From: Barthelona sp. PCE
Lineage: Eukaryota
DNA length: 64,000 nucleotides
Assembly: GCA_040285745.1 (NCBI GenBank)
Contig: JAUFOR010000001.1
Coordinates: 744,001 to 808,000, forward strand
Reading direction: 5' to 3'
Shown: piece after piece, positions 60,980 to 64,000 of the stretch
How positions within the stretch are numbered: the first letter of the stretch is position 1
Layout of the letters: each line of letters opens with the position of its first letter
Notes under the pieces: generated by a model
The model's input: the letters and a program-made list of their open reading frames with translations, nothing else
Told to the model about the DNA's origin: nothing
The model's database searches: none
Program-made: the position numbers and the translations under genes

Positions 60980-61573
60980 TTACATTCCTTCAATAAACTT
61001 ATTAAATCTATTCTGTAATTTCTTATTACTATGATACAGTGTGTCCATCTTTGACTTTTGCATGGCACTGTGCTCATATAGAGCACGTATTCTAAAAGAT
61101 AAGCTGTCAAAGGGATTATCACTAGCATTTTTTGATGAAATGGTATATTCTGTGGTCCTCAGATCCTCGATCTTGAGGGGTATGTCACTTACAACCTCTT
61201 CTGTCTGTACAATTGGAGATTTAACAACTTCAACAGGAGTAGTTAGTATGTACTCCGGTTCTGGTGAAATTTCTGGTTCAACAGGCGGGTCTTCCATGTG
61301 AAATCCCTCCTGTTCAGTGGTAAAAGCTGGTGCTGAAACAGGTGTGGAAAGATCTTCCATATTTTGAATCTGTGGTTGCTCTACGCGAGTCAGATATCCT
61401 CCTGGTACGTATCCCGATGCGGAAGGGTTGCCCTGCTTATGTACAAGAACCCAATCGTCTGCGCTAACTTCTTCTTGAGCAATAACAACGTCTCCCTTCA
61501 CTAATGTAAGTTCTGTTTCCTCCTCTGCAACGTGCGGGTAATCAACAACCCATTCACCAAATGCGCTTGACAT
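60980..61573 (-). CDS. SH3-domain protein with Pro/Glu-rich linker and C-terminal coiled coil
   Basis: DYPHVAEEETELTLVKGDVV...DDWV...SGYVPGGYL. Likely ATG at 61573. Confidence 0.85.
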   Translation of the reverse strand: MSSAFGEWVVDYPHVAEEETELTLVKGDVVIAQEEVSADDWVLVHKQGNPSASGYVPGGYLTRVEQPQIQNMEDLSTPVSAPAFTTEQEGFHMEDPPVEPEISPEPEYILTTPVEVVKSPIVQTEEVVSDIPLKIEDLRTTEYTISSKNASDNPFDSLSFRIRALYEHSAMQKSKMDTLYHSNKKLQNRFNKFIEGM

Positions 61574-61624
61574 AGTGTATTGAAAAGGTGGTAATTTAAA
61601 TTTCAACTTTAAACACGATTCTTG

Positions 61625-62287
61625 ATGAAGAGCTGCATTATATTGTGTGAAGACAACGACGCTTGGATCGAAATATACGCCAGCTTTATTCATAAGGTCA
61701 TTCCTAGCTGCCTTCCTGATTGCTATGGACGTGATGAAATCGATGAGATAGATCCTTCAAAGTACGATTTCTTCCTTATCTCTGGCAGTCTAAGCTCTGC
61801 CAATGATAATGAACCCTGGATTCACACTTTGGTTCAGTTTATCCAAACTTTGTACAAATTTCATGTTGGTAAACGAATTTTAGGGCTTTGCTTTGGCCAC
61901 CAAATCATACATAAAGCGCTGGGAGGCGAGGTAGGTCACCTTGAGAATCCTATTGTTGGTGTTTGTGAATTCACAACCATTCGTCGTGAACTTAGTTTAC
62001 CAACAAGCTTTTATCTTTTCGAAACTCATGGAGACTATGTCAAATCTTTTGACAAGCGGCAATTCGATGAAGTTGTACGAAACAATGAGGTTCTTCTCAG
62101 CAAATGTGGACGATTCTTAAGTTTTCAAGGTCACCCTGAGTTTGTCGGTCAGTTAGACTTTCTGGATGAATTCGTTCTACCGTTTTTTAACGTTGATACA
62201 TCGGAAGCACGTGAACAATTCAAAAATTTTGATACTTTACAAAACAATGTTATTATTGATGCTATACATGAATGGATTTCAGACTAA
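61625..62287 (+). CDS. Class I glutamine amidotransferase-like protein (GATase1)
   Basis: ISGSLSSAND..PWI, LGLCFGHQ (nucleophile Cys), HGD, QGHPEF (His-Glu). Confidence 0.92.
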   Translation: MKSCIILCEDNDAWIEIYASFIHKVIPSCLPDCYGRDEIDEIDPSKYDFFLISGSLSSANDNEPWIHTLVQFIQTLYKFHVGKRILGLCFGHQIIHKALGGEVGHLENPIVGVCEFTTIRRELSLPTSFYLFETHGDYVKSFDKRQFDEVVRNNEVLLSKCGRFLSFQGHPEFVGQLDFLDEFVLPFFNVDTSEAREQFKNFDTLQNNVIIDAIHEWISD

Positions 62288-62853
62288 TCACGTTTAAGAG
62301 CAGCTACGTATGGGAGATCACGGTATTTCTGCTCGAAATCGATGCCATACCCTATTATCCATACATCTGGTGATGGAAAACCAACATAATCAGCATTAAT
62401 ATCAACCTTATGATTCTCAACCTTGTCAAAAACAACAGCAATCTGCATAGACGCCGGTTTCTTCTCCGCCAGGATATCATATGCATGCTTGAGTGTAACT
62501 CCAGAATCTATCATATCTTCAACAATCAGAATATGTTTGTCTTCTATGGAATACGCCACATTACGTCTGATTGTGGGTGTGTCTGATGGGGTGGTGCTTG
62601 TCTCTCCGTAGAAAGATACATCTATGGGATCAATAAATATCTGGAATTCAACATTGCGATCAGAACTAATTCGATTTAAGTTTCTTGAAATGTCTGTACA
62701 AAAGAAGAAAGACGAGACGAGAACGGGCACTAAGGTTATCTCATGTACTCCTTTTGAGACATAGTGCTCAAATATTTCCACAGAGAGCTCGTGTACACGA
62801 GCTTCTATCTCATCTTTAGTAAACATAATATTCCCGATCTGTGATTTGCTCAT
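62284..62853 (-). CDS. HPRT: Hypoxanthine/guanine phosphoribosyltransferase
   Basis: PRPP motif ILIVEDMIDSGVTL; ADYVGF..PDVWIIGYGID..QKYRDLPYV. Confidence 0.92.
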   Translation of the reverse strand: MSKSQIGNIMFTKDEIEARVHELSVEIFEHYVSKGVHEITLVPVLVSSFFFCTDISRNLNRISSDRNVEFQIFIDPIDVSFYGETSTTPSDTPTIRRNVAYSIEDKHILIVEDMIDSGVTLKHAYDILAEKKPASMQIAVVFDKVENHKVDINADYVGFPSPDVWIIGYGIDFEQKYRDLPYVAALKRD

Positions 62854-62953
62854 CTTGCTTGTGTGCCGCTATCTGATAATTTGAAAAGGAATTAAAATGC
62901 AAAAACTTGTTTTTATTTTTTGTTCCCATTACATTCATGTTATAAGCAAAATT

Positions 62954-64000
62954 ATGGACGATATACTTGATTTGATTGACCAGACGGAAGAAGAGGTCCT
63001 TTCTACCCTGAATAAGGAAGAAAACACACCACCCGAAAACGGTAATTTGAAAGAAAACGATGAAGGGGAGTCTTTGTCCAAGAAAATGGACGAGCATGGG
63101 GAAGTTAATACTGCTGAGGATGTAGATGAAGCAATAGACATTGTCCTTACGGAGAATATAAGCATTGTTGAAAACAATCCCTTACCTAACACCGTATCCA
63201 CCATGAATGAAGCTCAGGAGACAGATGTCGTAGACGACATGGAGGATGAGATACAAGTTGCGCAACCAGAGAAAAAGGAAATTATTGTTGATATTCTTGA
63301 TAATACAGAGGATGAAATTGATGATGAGACCCTTGTGGTTGAATCTGAACCTGAAAATCTGGTTGATGAGACGATTAATGATGTTATAGAAATAGAAGAG
63401 GATGTAGTAGACGTGATGGAAGAAGTTCCTACCATAGTTGAATCTAAACCTTCCTTACATGTTGATGAAACAGAAGACAAACCAGTGGAGAATGTTAGTG
63501 AAACATCAAACAACGAAAAAGAAATAACTGAGGCGAAAGATATTTTGAGTGACAAAACAGAATTTACAAAAGTCACAGAAGAGGTGTTAAACGACATCAT
63601 CAAGCCTGAAAAGAAACCAGAGCCTAAGAAATCCCCAAAAAGAACACCTAAAGCGAAGAAGAATAGCACCGAATCATTTTTTATTACAGAGACTCATGTT
63701 AAGATCCCATTTGCATCGAGTTTAAGCAAGAGAAAGACACCCCCACCTTTTTCTCCAAACAGAGTTAGTTCTGATAATAGTGGATCTCTTACTGCACGTA
63801 AGAGACGCAATGTATCACCTGCAAAGGTCCAGCATCTGCTCACCGAGTACGAAGTGATGCGCAAGGCGTGGAAAGGTGAGGCATTATCACCTGATCAGAA
63901 GGCTATTGTAGATAAGCGGAAAAGTGAGACATCTAGACTTAAAAAACTAAGAATTGACCAAGAGAAACGCGAAAAGAAGCGTGTACAGTTGAGTTTGAAA
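62954..64000 (+). CDS. Acidic low-complexity/coiled-coil protein, 3'-partial
   Basis: ATG 62954 gives MDDILDLIDQTEEEV...; the same frame reads EKREKKRVQLSLK at the window end (349 codons). Not in the ORF track because no stop lies in the window. Confidence 0.8.
   Translation, partial: MDDILDLIDQTEEEVLSTLNKEENTPPENGNLKENDEGESLSKKMDEHGEVNTAEDVDEAIDIVLTENISIVENNPLPNTVSTMNEAQETDVVDDMEDEIQVAQPEKKEIIVDILDNTEDEIDDETLVVESEPENLVDETINDVIEIEEDVVDVMEEVPTIVESKPSLHVDETEDKPVENVSETSNNEKEITEAKDILSDKTEFTKVTEEVLNDIIKPEKKPEPKKSPKRTPKAKKNSTESFFITETHVKIPFASSLSKRKTPPPFSPNRVSSDNSGSLTARKRRNVSPAKVQHLLTEYEVMRKAWKGEALSPDQKAIVDKRKSETSRLKKLRIDQEKREKKRVQLSLK

Noticed and set aside
62935-63669. Minus-strand Ser-rich ORFs near the window end
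   Set aside because: Antisense shadows of the acidic plus-strand gene starting at 62954.
1-64000. Stop-codon reassignment, prokaryotic origin, CRISPR, transposons, rRNA/tRNA
   Set aside because: TAA and TAG end conserved genes, a TGA ends the 8147-8635 ORF, and long ORFs have no internal stops. Introns and eukaryote-specific genes are present. No repeat arrays, transposase/RT motifs or cloverleafs were seen.

Overview
Gene-dense, AT-rich eukaryotic nuclear DNA from a flagellated protist, with about 36 protein-coding genes, the standard genetic code and intergenic gaps mostly of 0-300 bp. A metamonad (Fornicata/Barthelona-like) origin is inferred from a Giardia-like WGTAAA 3'-end motif, rare short introns with a fused branch point/3' splice site, and overlapping convergent stop codons. 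Recognisable genes: V-ATPase F, TM2D, Trm5-like, MmpL-type RND transporter, CFAP70, IFT56, SLC35F6-like, ValRS, Cdc6/Orc1, IFT81, EFHC1/Rib72, RPL23, RPSA, a CBM20 protein, a Cys-less flavoprotein disulfide reductase homolog, proteasome beta6, a kinesin-ankyrin fusion, an SH3 protein, GATase1, HPRT and two paralogous giant Cys-rich surface proteins. The ORF track misses six spliceosomal introns found here by eye (GTAT...YTWAC-N4-AG, branch A fixed at -8), all at gene 5' ends. One splits the start codon (A|TG), and the two longest fold into stems. It also misses two genes running off the window ends. Best candidates for novelty: the start-codon intron on a redox-Cys-less bacterial-type flavoprotein, an MmpL with a eukaryotic dileucine sorting tail, the structured RPL23 intron and the kinesin-ankyrin fusion. 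No rRNA, tRNA, CRISPR or mobile element was seen. All family assignments are from motif recognition, not database searches.
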